NCBI GenBank assembly: GCA_963725685.1
Contig: CAVRYZ010000005.1
Coordinates: 1 to 64,000, forward strand
DNA: 64,000 nucleotides
Origin: an uncultured Chloroflexia bacterium
Lineage (GTDB): Bacteria; Chloroflexota; Anaerolineae; Anaerolineales; UBA4823
Direction of reading: 5' to 3'
The notes beneath the pieces were generated by a model that saw only the letters and a list, made by a program, of their open reading frames with translations, ran no database searches and was not told the origin of the DNA. The position numbers and the translations under genes are program-made. Below are positions 19,733-29,620 of this stretch, piece after piece. Position 1 is the stretch's first letter, and every line of letters starts with the position of its first letter.

Positions 19733-20923
19733 TTAGAACTCCACCTGCCGTGTGAAGCTAGATCTGTCTAGATGGCGAAGATCTAGGTCAGGCGGGTAGG
19801 TGGCGATCAGCACAGCATACGGTATAGCCTGAATACCCACCCTTGACTCCAATCGGGCAAAGTACAACATCCCCAGCACTTGGCTGATGGTGTAGCCTGT
19901 TAGCTCTTGCATTTTGGCGTCGTGAGCCTGGCACACTGCGTTGGTCTGTAGGAGCAGCTTGTGAAGATTTTTGGTCAGGATATCACTCTCTTCCAGGAAT
20001 AGGAAGCGGATCAGGTCGAGCAGATTAAGCAGTCGAAGACGCACTCCTTCAACGTAGATATAAAGTGGAAAAAGGTTGACTACCTTCTGGACCAATTCCA
20101 GCATCCGTCCAGGACGCCGGTGTGACAGCAGGCCATTGCCAACCGCATGCCTGGCTTTGAAGAGTACGAATTGACTTACCCAATCCTGCCAGCCTGCGAT
20201 CAGCAACGTCCACGTGCTGCTGAGGGCTTCTGCAAGGGGTTGAGTTGTTTGTAATCCAAGACGACAAGAGAGCAACCCAGGGAAGAGACCTGCTTCCACT
20301 GCCTGGCGACCAAGGCTTGTGTATTCCAATATGTAACCCCATCCCCAGCGCTCGAGGGCGACTTCAGCTACAATTTCAGCGTGCTCGAGGTGAACTATAT
20401 CCGCTGATGGTTGGGGGGAGTGCCAGTGCGCGAAATGCTCCCGGTTAATCAGTGTGCCTATGCCAGGCAAGTGCAACGCACCCTGCTTGTGTTGCGATAG
20501 TTCAGGCATTTCATCAATCTGACAGGCTTGGGCGATTGCTTGCTGCATGGCAGCATTATCGGCAAGGAAGCGCACTGGGGTAGCCAGACCAGCTGGTATG
20601 GGAAAGCGGTTCAATCCCAGCTCGGTGAGCATCATCGCATCCATTTCCGACAGCCATTCTTCCAGTGTGTCTGCGGGGTGAGAAAAGGGGGGCCATGGGC
20701 GAGTCTGTTCACCCTCAGGAGCGGGAGGCTCAGGTGGGAGCTCAGTGATGTGTGTTTCTCCACGGTATTCCGTCAGCCGCTGATCGAGCTGGTCTTCCCA
20801 CGATTTCATGTATGATTGAAGATCGGAGGTTTGATCGTAATATACATCATTCTGACCACGCTCTTTGACCATGCGGTCCAGCTGGTGGGCGAATTCTTCT
20901 TTTTTGGAGTCAAATCCCGGCAT
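19733..20923 (-). CDS. Hypothetical protein, 396 aa
   Basis: Long ORF, co-oriented; no recognisable motif. Confidence 0.55.
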   Translation of the reverse strand: MPGFDSKKEEFAHQLDRMVKERGQNDVYYDQTSDLQSYMKSWEDQLDQRLTEYRGETHITELPPEPPAPEGEQTRPWPPFSHPADTLEEWLSEMDAMMLTELGLNRFPIPAGLATPVRFLADNAAMQQAIAQACQIDEMPELSQHKQGALHLPGIGTLINREHFAHWHSPQPSADIVHLEHAEIVAEVALERWGWGYILEYTSLGRQAVEAGLFPGLLSCRLGLQTTQPLAEALSSTWTLLIAGWQDWVSQFVLFKARHAVGNGLLSHRRPGRMLELVQKVVNLFPLYIYVEGVRLRLLNLLDLIRFLFLEESDILTKNLHKLLLQTNAVCQAHDAKMQELTGYTISQVLGMLYFARLESRVGIQAIPYAVLIATYPPDLDLRHLDRSSFTRQVEF

Positions 20924-21101
20924 TATAGTAGGTCCTTAATAAAAATATTATGCTGGTACATCGAAGAGGTGCTTGTCCATAAACTCGCCTGATCAAGGCA
21001 GCTCCAGGATTTCGTATTTTCCAAGTTTTCGGGAAAAAATAAACCACACACTCTCTTCATCGTTTATTCCTACCAGCTGTCTTTGATATTCGAAGGATGA
21101 G

Positions 21102-23300
21102 TTATCCCACCCCTTCGAACTTGATTCCACAGTGGGTACAATGCCGCGCATCCGCATCGACAAACTGCCCGCAGTTAGGACACACCTTTTTACCCGCAGG
21201 TGCTGGTTGCCCGGTGTACCCGCCCTGACCAGGTTGGATCACCTGTGGGCCGCCTGCACCTGGGACGACGATTATGGGTTGGCTCCCGCCGCCTCCACGC
21301 GCAATAGCCTGGGTGGTGTCAGACATTCGATCCAGGGCACGTTCAGATATGCCTTTCAAGTTATCTATATCATGTTCGTGCATAGCCATCAAATCCTGCT
21401 GGTGCTGTCTGTCCTTTTCTTCTTGTTTGCGAGCAGCCTCTTCCTTGTCAGATAGCCGTTGTTCGTATATTTCCTTGGTTTGTTTTGTAACCTGCTCATT
21501 GGTACTTGACTTATATTTTTCTTCGAGCGCATGCGCTGCTGAGTCAGATTTAGCTGCATCTGCTGCCAGGATCTGTTCTCCAGTCATACCTTTATATATC
21601 TCTACCTTCTTTATTTCACCCTCGAGTTCAAGAGTGCGCAGCTTCATTTCGTGCTCCCGCTCAGCCTGCAGGCGTCTTTCATCAGCTACCCATCTATCCA
21701 GCTCTAGCTTTTGCTCTTCGCGCCGCATTGCAAGTTCATGCTCACGCTTGATGCGCAAGCTTTCCTCATCATCCAGTCGGTGGATTTCTTTATTCTTGGC
21801 CAGGACTTCCAGATCCAACATATCTTGTTCTCTCTCAGTAGCCAATTCTATCCTCTGCTGAAGTTCGCTAATTTCGAGCTCTTTTTTTCTGCGTTCATCC
21901 TGAATCCGCTGGCGTTCCTGCTCCAACCGTAATCCTTCATCGGTGTTCTTACGGCGCATATCAAACTCGTAATCAGCTTTCTTACGTGCTAATTCAAGCT
22001 CCATATCAAGTTTTGCTTGGCTAAAATCCTGTTGAAGCTTAAGCCCCGCCATTTGCAGCTCGTAATTATATTCAATATCAAGTTTTGCCAGCAGGTGCGC
22101 TCTGGCTTTATCGTGATCTTCTGCCTGATCGGCCCACGTCTTTTTGAGGTCTTCCCGCTCTTTAACACGTAAAAGTTTATCAAAATCTTGCTCATCAAGG
22201 AAACGGTCAAACTCTTTCTCAGAGCGCACCTCATTCATCTTGTCGCTCAGTACTGCCTGGCGCATGCGCTGGTAGAGCTCAGATTTTCGCTCTTCAAGCT
22301 CGACCTTGGTTGTCTCCTCCGCCAGGGCTTGCAGATCTACCTGTTTTTGGATCTCGGTAAAACGGGCTTTGGCTTTGGCTTCTGCTTCAGCCTTGCTGAT
22401 CCGATTGTGGGTTTCAGCATCGAACATCTCCTGCTCACCAGCAGCATTGACGTTAACCTCGGCAACCTTGAGCTTATACTGGCTGCGAATGCCTTTGATG
22501 TGGTCAAACGGTTCTAGGTTCAGTTCGGCGGTCCGCACATGTAAGAATCGCAGCCCAGTCTGAGAAAAAGTCATCCGCAAGCGTTCATCCAGAGCCAGCT
22601 CCAGGCGTAGGCGGAGCTCTAGGTCCTCGGTGAGTTGCTGCAAGGTGTGCTGGCGCAACCAGGTATCAGCAACCTGCGCTACCTCCGGGAAGAGGTAGGC
22701 ATGCAAGTCATCCTGAGTAAAGCGCTCGCGTCCCTTGAGAAGATTTACCAAAAATTTGCCTGGTTCTGTCACCTCAGCCTGTAAACGTATGCTGATACCG
22801 ATTGGCAAGTCGTCTTTGGTATAAGAGGTATCCAGGCGAAATACAAGCTCGGTAGGCACGACCTCAACCAGCAAGATGGTCGCCCGTTCGGGAATATCAC
22901 CGGTGAACCAATCTTTAACTCGCTGCCCGAGCGTCCCAAGGGTATATTCCCCGGGTGGAAGGATACCTCGGCTGGTTCCCTGGTAGATAAACATAGCATT
23001 GGTGCCGGGTTCTACCTTTATGTCGCGCTTGAGCAGTCCTTGTAGGTCATCTGCTTCCACACGCACAGCAAACTCATTTGCACCGCGTGTCCAGCGATGA
23101 CTGTAGACCTGAGGAGTGGAAGTCTGACTCAACGGCTGACCGCACTTTTTACAATAGATTGCGTCACTCAGGTTCTCAGTGTTGCATGAACTGCAGCGAA
23201 TGATTCCACTGCCAACTGGAGATCCACAGCTCGCGCAAAACCTGGCGTCTTGGGGTAACTTCGTCCCACAGTTGGGGCATTTCTTTGTATTTAGAAACAT
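21102..23300 (-). CDS. Flotillin/SPFH-like protein with N-terminal double zinc ribbon, long coiled coil and C-terminal zinc ribbon
   Basis: CPNCGTKLPQDARFCASCG and CSSCNTENLSDAIYCKKCG ribbons. SPFH-like core (KVEPGTNAMFIYQGTSRGILPPGEYTL; VVPTELVFRLDTSYTKDDLPIGISIRLQAEVTEPGKF; TFSQTGLRFLHVRTAELNL). ~300 aa E/K/R-rich heptad-like coiled coil. C-terminal CPNCGQFVDADARHCTHCG. AGGAGG RBS upstream of ATG at 23300. Confidence 0.75.
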   Translation of the reverse strand: MFLNTKKCPNCGTKLPQDARFCASCGSPVGSGIIRCSSCNTENLSDAIYCKKCGQPLSQTSTPQVYSHRWTRGANEFAVRVEADDLQGLLKRDIKVEPGTNAMFIYQGTSRGILPPGEYTLGTLGQRVKDWFTGDIPERATILLVEVVPTELVFRLDTSYTKDDLPIGISIRLQAEVTEPGKFLVNLLKGRERFTQDDLHAYLFPEVAQVADTWLRQHTLQQLTEDLELRLRLELALDERLRMTFSQTGLRFLHVRTAELNLEPFDHIKGIRSQYKLKVAEVNVNAAGEQEMFDAETHNRISKAEAEAKAKARFTEIQKQVDLQALAEETTKVELEERKSELYQRMRQAVLSDKMNEVRSEKEFDRFLDEQDFDKLLRVKEREDLKKTWADQAEDHDKARAHLLAKLDIEYNYELQMAGLKLQQDFSQAKLDMELELARKKADYEFDMRRKNTDEGLRLEQERQRIQDERRKKELEISELQQRIELATEREQDMLDLEVLAKNKEIHRLDDEESLRIKREHELAMRREEQKLELDRWVADERRLQAEREHEMKLRTLELEGEIKKVEIYKGMTGEQILAADAAKSDSAAHALEEKYKSSTNEQVTKQTKEIYEQRLSDKEEAARKQEEKDRQHQQDLMAMHEHDIDNLKGISERALDRMSDTTQAIARGGGGSQPIIVVPGAGGPQVIQPGQGGYTGQPAPAGKKVCPNCGQFVDADARHCTHCGIKFEGVG

Positions 23301-23335
23301 TGCAATCCTCCTTCGTTTATCAGTTTCAAAATGCT

Positions 23336-24964
23336 TTATGATGGATATGCTTCTTCAAACTTCTGCAGGTCTTGCTCAGAAACCTTTACCGCGTTCTGGC
23401 GCATTGAGAAATCGTGACGGAAGGCATCGATTTTTTTCTCCAAACGGGTAAGATCCTCGCCGTCACTTCCTCCAACCACCAGTTTTTGTTGAATATTGTG
23501 TGCACCCAGACTTGAACTGGCAATATGAACTAGCAATTTCTCATCATAATCCAACAGATGGCCCCACATATGCCTATCGATTTTCAAATCAGACAAATAA
23601 GGTGGAGCTCCAAAAGATGGATTAAGGACTTCTGTCCGACAATTTTCCACCTTGCCTTCCAATTGCTTAATCTGAAGGGCCTGGTTTTCGTCGCCACCCT
23701 TATATACCCGTGATCTCACATCTACTAACGTCTCTCGTATTAATTGCAACTCCCCTGCACATTGTTCACGAACCAGCTGGTCTGTGCGTTTGCGATTGCC
23801 CCTCGAAAGGTCATCGATGAAAGTCATTCCCTGTGCAGTCCACAGCGCTTCAGATATTTCCTCGCGTTTCTTCAAAAACGCTATGAGCGATTGGATAACT
23901 ACTGCCAGAATTGGTCCCCAAATGATCAGCATAAATTCCCAGCGGATACTCCACGATGGCTCTTTGCTGTTAGACATAATAAGTGCAGTGATGAAAAAGC
24001 CCACCAGAATAAGGACTAGCAAGGTGATACCACGACCTATCAACCATTGGCGTATCTGGCGTCTACCAGGATGTGGCTCTTCACCTGCCGGTTGGCTTCG
24101 GTGGAACAAGCGGCCTATACGCCAGTTGCGATCGCTGCTTGACGATGGTTTTAACGAGGACAACTTTGACTGGAGTTGAGCTATCAGCGGTATCGCGGTC
24201 GCTTTGATGGATTGGACTTCAGTGGGAGTAACCTCACGAATGCCTGCATGTTCTACTAATTCGGACCGTATTTGCCGGGAGAAATCCTCTAGCTTTGCAT
24301 TGTCCTCCATCTCAGCCATTTTCCCTTCCATAGATACTTCGCGCAGGCGTGCCTCAAGCTCCTGGACCTTTTGAGCGACCTTCACCTGGTCGGCAGTCCG
24401 GCGGAAAGAAAGCATCTCCAACCCGATAAGGCGGATTCCCTGGTTGGCCAAAGCTGGATTTAATTGTGTTTGGATCTCAGTTGCTAACCGGAACGTTGGT
24501 AGACCCTGCATCAGGTCGGCCGCTTCGTACCGACTGACCAGTGCCGCCAAGCCCTCGATAGCTATGTCTCCACTCAGCTCCATTGAAGCTTCATTGATGA
24601 CCTGGTTTGGCTGTACAAATTGAGTGAAGAAGCACGCCGGATCGGTAACATCAACCAGACCGACAAGGCTGGCATCCATTAGTTCTTCATCACCACTTAA
24701 CATGTTAGTGGCTTTGAGGCATGCGCGGAATGGCTGGGTGGGTATATATCCCGCCAGCAGTTCTGCCCCTCGGCCGGAAACTCGTTCGAATTTTGAAAGC
24801 GCCGCATGCTTGCCAGGAGGAAGGAACCTGGCAGGTGCGTTTCCCAGCAAAATAATACCCTGCCGGTTCTGTGGTATGACAATTTGCTTGCTCAACCAGC
24901 CCGCCAGCTCCTTCAAACGGAAGGCTTTGGCCAGGGGCGTAGAGTGGTCAGGGGTAGCGTCCAT
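23336..24964 (-). CDS. SPFH-like domain protein with C-terminal TM helices
   Basis: GIILLGNAPARFLPPGKHAAL (SPFH N-terminal-like), LVGLVDVTDPACFFTQF, QGIRLIGLEMLSFRRT (GieV..v.i.di-like), coiled-coil segment, two hydrophobic helices (ITLLVLILVGFFITALIM; MLIIWGPILAVVIQSLIAFL). Confidence 0.6.
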   Translation of the reverse strand: MDATPDHSTPLAKAFRLKELAGWLSKQIVIPQNRQGIILLGNAPARFLPPGKHAALSKFERVSGRGAELLAGYIPTQPFRACLKATNMLSGDEELMDASLVGLVDVTDPACFFTQFVQPNQVINEASMELSGDIAIEGLAALVSRYEAADLMQGLPTFRLATEIQTQLNPALANQGIRLIGLEMLSFRRTADQVKVAQKVQELEARLREVSMEGKMAEMEDNAKLEDFSRQIRSELVEHAGIREVTPTEVQSIKATAIPLIAQLQSKLSSLKPSSSSDRNWRIGRLFHRSQPAGEEPHPGRRQIRQWLIGRGITLLVLILVGFFITALIMSNSKEPSWSIRWEFMLIIWGPILAVVIQSLIAFLKKREEISEALWTAQGMTFIDDLSRGNRKRTDQLVREQCAGELQLIRETLVDVRSRVYKGGDENQALQIKQLEGKVENCRTEVLNPSFGAPPYLSDLKIDRHMWGHLLDYDEKLLVHIASSSLGAHNIQQKLVVGGSDGEDLTRLEKKIDAFRHDFSMRQNAVKVSEQDLQKFEEAYPS

Positions 24965-24985
24965 TTAAATCTCCTCAAAGTACAT

Positions 24986-25963
24986 CTATTTGATCTCTGG
25001 AGGTACAGAATAACTCAGCTCAGCCTGTGCTTGTCCAACCAGTTCCCTCAACGACCCGGCCTCAGTAATGTGGAGGCGACTCAGGCAGGCCAATCGTGTG
25101 TCCGGATTCAGCCGTGGATCTTCGGCAAAAAGGCTAGCCAGGTCATTAAGGCTGATTTGAGCAGGATCAAAGGTTAAATTAGCAGAAATAATGGCAACAT
25201 AGGGTGTGCACAATGCACCCAGGTTAGTTTCTGCCTGCATGAACAAAAGCTCGCCCACAGCATAACGTAAAGGTTGGTGCAGAGCATGAAAAAAATGATC
25301 GTCCAGCTGGGCTCCCAAATTCTCGAGGAGGCGCACAGCAGTATGGACCGTCGTATCGGGCTGTTCCTTGCTATCAAATAGCACAGCCAGGCTCGTTTGC
25401 AAAGCTTCCACTATCTGCTGGCGGTCTGGCATGTCCTCCGGTAGATCTAACGTGGCTTTCCAGATGGACTGCAGGGTGTGCCTGGGGTGATCGCTTCCGC
25501 CCAACCAGCTTTCTGCCAAGTAGTTTTGCAGCCAGGTAGCCCACCCCTCTTCCAACAGCTGGGAGGCGGTGAAGAGCAAGTTGTACTGAGCCCTTCGTAG
25601 TGTAGAAGTTGGGTCATCCGCCGGGCGCAGTCCAAATCGGCTGGCTATTTCAACCATCCCCAAACCTAAGCGCGACTTAACATCACCCATAGCAGTATAT
25701 AAATCTAAGAATCGATGCCCCAATTTTTCATGAGCCGCAGTTCCCAGGATACTCATTAACAGCTGCTGATCATTGAACGCCTGGCGCGGGGCAATTTGAT
25801 GATCGTAAACAAACAACCAGCCATTCAGGTAGCAACCTTTGCCAGATAAATTGTACCCAAAGATTCCACCTCCTTGAGTTTGCCTGGCGATAGTTTCTGC
25901 TTCACTGATCATCGCTCCCAGCTGGGCTTCCTGCGCTTGCGGAGATAGATCTATGAATTTCAA
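24986..25963 (-). CDS. Hypothetical protein with HExxxH-like motif (AAHEKLGH)
   Basis: 325 aa; possible metal-binding motif, not a canonical HExxH. Start may be the internal MISEAET (25909) to avoid a 61-nt overlap. Confidence 0.5.
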   Translation of the reverse strand: MKFIDLSPQAQEAQLGAMISEAETIARQTQGGGIFGYNLSGKGCYLNGWLFVYDHQIAPRQAFNDQQLLMSILGTAAHEKLGHRFLDLYTAMGDVKSRLGLGMVEIASRFGLRPADDPTSTLRRAQYNLLFTASQLLEEGWATWLQNYLAESWLGGSDHPRHTLQSIWKATLDLPEDMPDRQQIVEALQTSLAVLFDSKEQPDTTVHTAVRLLENLGAQLDDHFFHALHQPLRYAVGELLFMQAETNLGALCTPYVAIISANLTFDPAQISLNDLASLFAEDPRLNPDTRLACLSRLHITEAGSLRELVGQAQAELSYSVPPEIK

Positions 25964-26414
25964 CTAATGGCTGGAAGAACTCACTTAGTGTTTCGCAATA
26001 CTGCGTCATATACTGCAGGCGTTCAGCCGGGTAATAATCACCGAGCCTGAAATGTTCCCAAAAGACTTGGTCAATCTGGCGTAGCTGGTCCAGCTGACCG
26101 ATATTCACCAGGGTGGGAAATTTGATCATATTTCGCTTGTTTTCCGCTAATCTTGTCTGCGTTGGGTTCAGACTATTATCCACCTCTCGTAATGTTTGAG
26201 CCGCTTCTGCACGTAAAGTTGGAGGTACCATTCCCAGCAGGTGGCTGCGCAGTTCTTGGATCTCTGCCTGCAGGTCGGCTTCGTGATGAATTTTGCGTTC
26301 GTCAAGCCTGCGGGAGAAGGAAGATTTGATATTGTCAAGATTGGACATTGTATTACCTACGCAAAGCTGGTTGATTATTTTCGGTAACAAGTTGTTTGCT
26401 GGATTTAAATTCAC
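25902..26414 (-). CDS. Hypothetical protein, 170 aa
   Basis: ORF in operon orientation; coiled-coil-like middle; weak support. Confidence 0.4.
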   Translation of the reverse strand: MNLNPANNLLPKIINQLCVGNTMSNLDNIKSSFSRRLDERKIHHEADLQAEIQELRSHLLGMVPPTLRAEAAQTLREVDNSLNPTQTRLAENKRNMIKFPTLVNIGQLDQLRQIDQVFWEHFRLGDYYPAERLQYMTQYCETLSEFFQPLVEIHRSISASAGSPAGSDDQ

Positions 26415-26919
26415 TTTTGTAAGTGTTCATTCTGTGTTTCTTTATGCCCACTAAGGTTATAGAAATAAATAAATACAAAGGGAACATGTATTCAAAGAAT
26501 AATGACCAACTAGGCATCGGTTTGGCGAAAAATGGAATTGGAGATACTTTATCGCTCATTTTTTACTTCCCTGGTTGTGAAATCAGTGTCGCTGAAGATC
26601 TATCTGCGTATCCCGGTTTGATGATATCGAATCCCCTAGCCTCGACTGAATTGATCACATTACTGATATGCAGGTCGATGGGGATCGATATCATCCGGCC
26701 TCATGAATCTCACCTGAATAATTCACTTCGTTGGCTAATAAAGTCTGCCTGACTTCCTTGTGTGCATCAACTCCCATGAAAATGATATTCTGCCTCCGGA
26801 TCACCTCGGTTTCCTCCCCGGAGCCTGAATTTTCAAAAACCTTATCCACAAAAAACTTCCTCATCGTTTACTCACTCTAAGGGCTTATTCGTCAATATGT
26901 GCTTTCCCCAGCACCTCGC

Positions 26920-28115
26920 TCAGCCTTGGACCTTCTTCATCCATTCATCGTACAGGCGCAGCATGCGTGAATTTGTGATCGGATGAATTTGCTCAAAGGC
27001 AATCCTGAAATCAGGCGCGGTGAGCGCTTCAACTTTGATCTCGTAGTTGCGCACAGCTTCCTGCCCTTTATCTACTACATCCATCAATCCGGGATTCAGC
27101 CGCTGGATCATTTGTGTGATGGCCGTCTGGCAGAGCTGCTCGATCTCCCTTCCAGAATAGCCTGCCGTGCGGCGTGCTAGCTCAGGCAATGGCACAAGAC
27201 TCTTGTGGCCATGACGGGTGAGGTTGATCTCAAGGATCGCCATACGTGCAGGTTCATCCGGCAACGGAATATAGATACGGCGTTGGAAACGGCTGAGTAT
27301 GGCTGAGTCCAATAGCCAGGGTACGTTAGTGGCACCGATCGTCAAGACAAAGCTTTGATTTTCCTTATTGGCTAAACCATCCAGCTCAGCCAGGAATGTG
27401 CTGATGATGCGCCTTTCGGCGCCACTCTCTCCTGAACCACGCGGGGAGTAAGCGCTTCAAACTCATCCAGAAAGATCACCGATGGTTCAAGGCGCCGGGC
27501 AACCGTGTATAATGCGCTGATCAATTTGGATGATTCACCGAAGTACTTGGATAGAAGACTGCTAATTTTGACATTAAAGAAAGTGGCTTCCAGGCTGCCA
27601 GCCGTCGCCGCTGCCAGGAGTGTTTTACCTGTGCCAGGGGGACCATATAGCAGGAAGTTACGCCATCCACTAATCTCAACCCCCTTGGGCTTACGCGCGA
27701 GTGCAAGGCCATATGCCGATTTGATGGCTTGTTTGGTATCATCAAGGCCACCTATATCTTCCCACTTGATCCCGGTCCGCGTGATCAGGTCTAAGACCAT
27801 CGTCTCGTAATCATCCTCGCGGGTAAGTTCTGCGGTCTGGCTCGCGGCATGGTTAACGTCTTTCGGTCTGGTTTTGATGGAGCTCGAATGGGATAGACGA
27901 TCAGCTATATCATCCAACGCTGTAGCACGTTCAAGCCGTTGCTTGCGGACATTTTGATCGAGCGTTATTTGAGCATATTGGCGCATCAGTGTCGCAGACT
28001 GTCGGTAAGCTGTGGCTGCCACCTGCAATGCACCCTGCCTCTCGGCATCTTCGGCGCGCTTCCGTGCCCGTTTGTATTGTGCATAAATTGGACCGCTTAG
28101 ATCAACGGTCTTCAT
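26920..28115 (-). pseudogene. Vps4/katanin-like (meiotic-clade) AAA+ ATPase with N-terminal MIT-like domain, interrupted by one frameshift
   Basis: N-terminal three-helix MIT-like segment (ERQGALQVAATAYRQSATLMRQYAQ...RKQRLERATALDDIADRL). IKWEDIGGLDDTKQAIK. Walker A LLYGPPGTGKT. Walker B VIFLDEFEAL. Frame switch near 27395 (PKGASSAH -> RIISTFLAELDGL). Second ORF ATNVPWLLDSAILSRFQRRIYIPLPDEPAR is near-identical in pattern to Vps4 [26 protein letters not shown], plus a Vps4-C-like tail. Confidence 0.75.
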
Positions 28116-28128
28116 GTTTGCCCCCTGA

Positions 28129-28815
28129 TCAGAGATCTTCTTCAGGACTTTCCTTGGCGTTGGAGGTCAGCTTGTTAAATTCCTTGAACTTTTCATCAAT
28201 GGCTTCAGTAGTATCCATCGATTCGCTTACCTGTTGGATGGCATTGAAGATTTCCATCACATCCTTGTCCTCGCGAAACTCAGGAGCAACCAGCTCTGCA
28301 TCTTCCAAACCACGCAGGATTTCGTCGAATTTATCCATGTGGAACTCACCATCCGCACTGGCGGTATCTATATACCTCAGCAGCTCTCCCATGTCGATTT
28401 GAGATAGGATGGTGTTCAGTCCGGCCTCAGAAGCCTTCTCAGTACGCTTCTTGAGCAGGTACAGGCCGTTGACCGCCCGCTGTTGGCGTGAGTTCATCTG
28501 TAGCTCTTTATCCAGGCTGGCTGCCTCAACATCAAGCTGCTTGATCTTGCGGGCAAAGGAAAGTTTTTCTCGATCGCTGCCAGCGCTGACCGCAGCGGTG
28601 AACAGTTGCTTCTTCTTTTCTTCGATTTCGCGCAGGTTGGCAAGGGTCTTGCGCTCATCCTGCTCGAGTCGGACCAATTCATATTTCAAGTCATCTTGCG
28701 AGAGATCTTGCAAGCTGACCTTCTTGGCAGGAGCAGGCTGAGTGGTTTTAACTCCGAGCAGCTCGCGTACAACATCGATACCGTAATCTAGTAGGGATTT
28801 CTTTTTCTCTGCCAT
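28129..28815 (-). CDS. ESCRT-III/Snf7-like coiled-coil protein (candidate Vps4 partner)
   Basis: 228 aa. Basic N-terminal helical hairpin (ELVRLEQDERKTLANLREIEEKKKQLFTAAVSAG..DREKLSFARKIKQLDVEAASLDKELQ) follows the Snf7 pattern ...kk...L...i.....k.g..nkr.Al..LkrKk..E.ql. Acidic C-terminus with MIM-like amphipathic helix (DKFDEILRGLEDAEL; ...ESPEEDL). Immediately upstream of the Vps4-like gene. Confidence 0.6.
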   Translation of the reverse strand: MAEKKKSLLDYGIDVVRELLGVKTTQPAPAKKVSLQDLSQDDLKYELVRLEQDERKTLANLREIEEKKKQLFTAAVSAGSDREKLSFARKIKQLDVEAASLDKELQMNSRQQRAVNGLYLLKKRTEKASEAGLNTILSQIDMGELLRYIDTASADGEFHMDKFDEILRGLEDAELVAPEFREDKDVMEIFNAIQQVSESMDTTEAIDEKFKEFNKLTSNAKESPEEDL

Positions 28816-28956
28816 TTTATATTCCTCCTAAGTCTTGTGAAATGAAGTTTAGTCTGAACATTTATTGACATCAGTTTTTTAGTAGAGATAAACCCAGATT
28901 GGGTACATCAGGTCAGGGCATATCTACCTCCTGTAGCAAGGCGTTCAAAAGCACTC

Positions 28957-29620
28957 CTAAGCAGGGTTACCAGGATAGGGTAATATTTCGGATGCATATT
29001 GTAGGGAGAGACTATTATAGGCAAGCATCTCTTTCTCGATTACTTTAATAGCTTCTTCCAGCTCTTCAGCCGGGAGGGCAGGGGTAAATAATTCGGCATA
29101 CAGGCGCAGCCGATCATCTCGAGGATTAAAGAGTAACTCTCCGCGTTCGATGTCATAGAGATAAAGTAGGAATTGGCGGTGAAAAAATGGTTTTTCACTT
29201 TCATCACCCAGTATAACCCGATGAGCTGCGAGATCCCAGCCAGATGTGGCCGCCAAGACAACCATATAAAAAGCTGCTCCTCGCTGAGTTGACTCATTCA
29301 GACGCTCAATCCGATTTAAAAGTAGGTCTTCAGTGAGCGCTTGGGTATCAAAACCATCGCGTAACATGGTTGCCAATCGACTGATTACCTCAAGACGTAT
29401 CTCCAGCGGCAACCCCTTTTGATTTTTCTGCTGGTGGAATACGGTAAGTCAGGGCAGCATTAAGTGGGACTTCAGCCAGCATTTCCGTATCCAGGATAAC
29501 TTTTCCCCGAAGGCGCATCACTTCTGCACGCTCATCATGTTGCTCCAACAGAGTGTTCCAATCTTGAATGGTAAGGGTCTCACCAGTCTGCGGATGGATC
29601 AAGACTCCTAATCGACTCAA
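28957..29620 (-). CDS. Hypothetical protein, possibly one gene split into two ORFs (29620-29390 and 29412-28957)
   Basis: Two overlapping ORFs in adjacent frames; the second begins with TTG. A junction frameshift is plausible but unproven. Confidence 0.35.
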
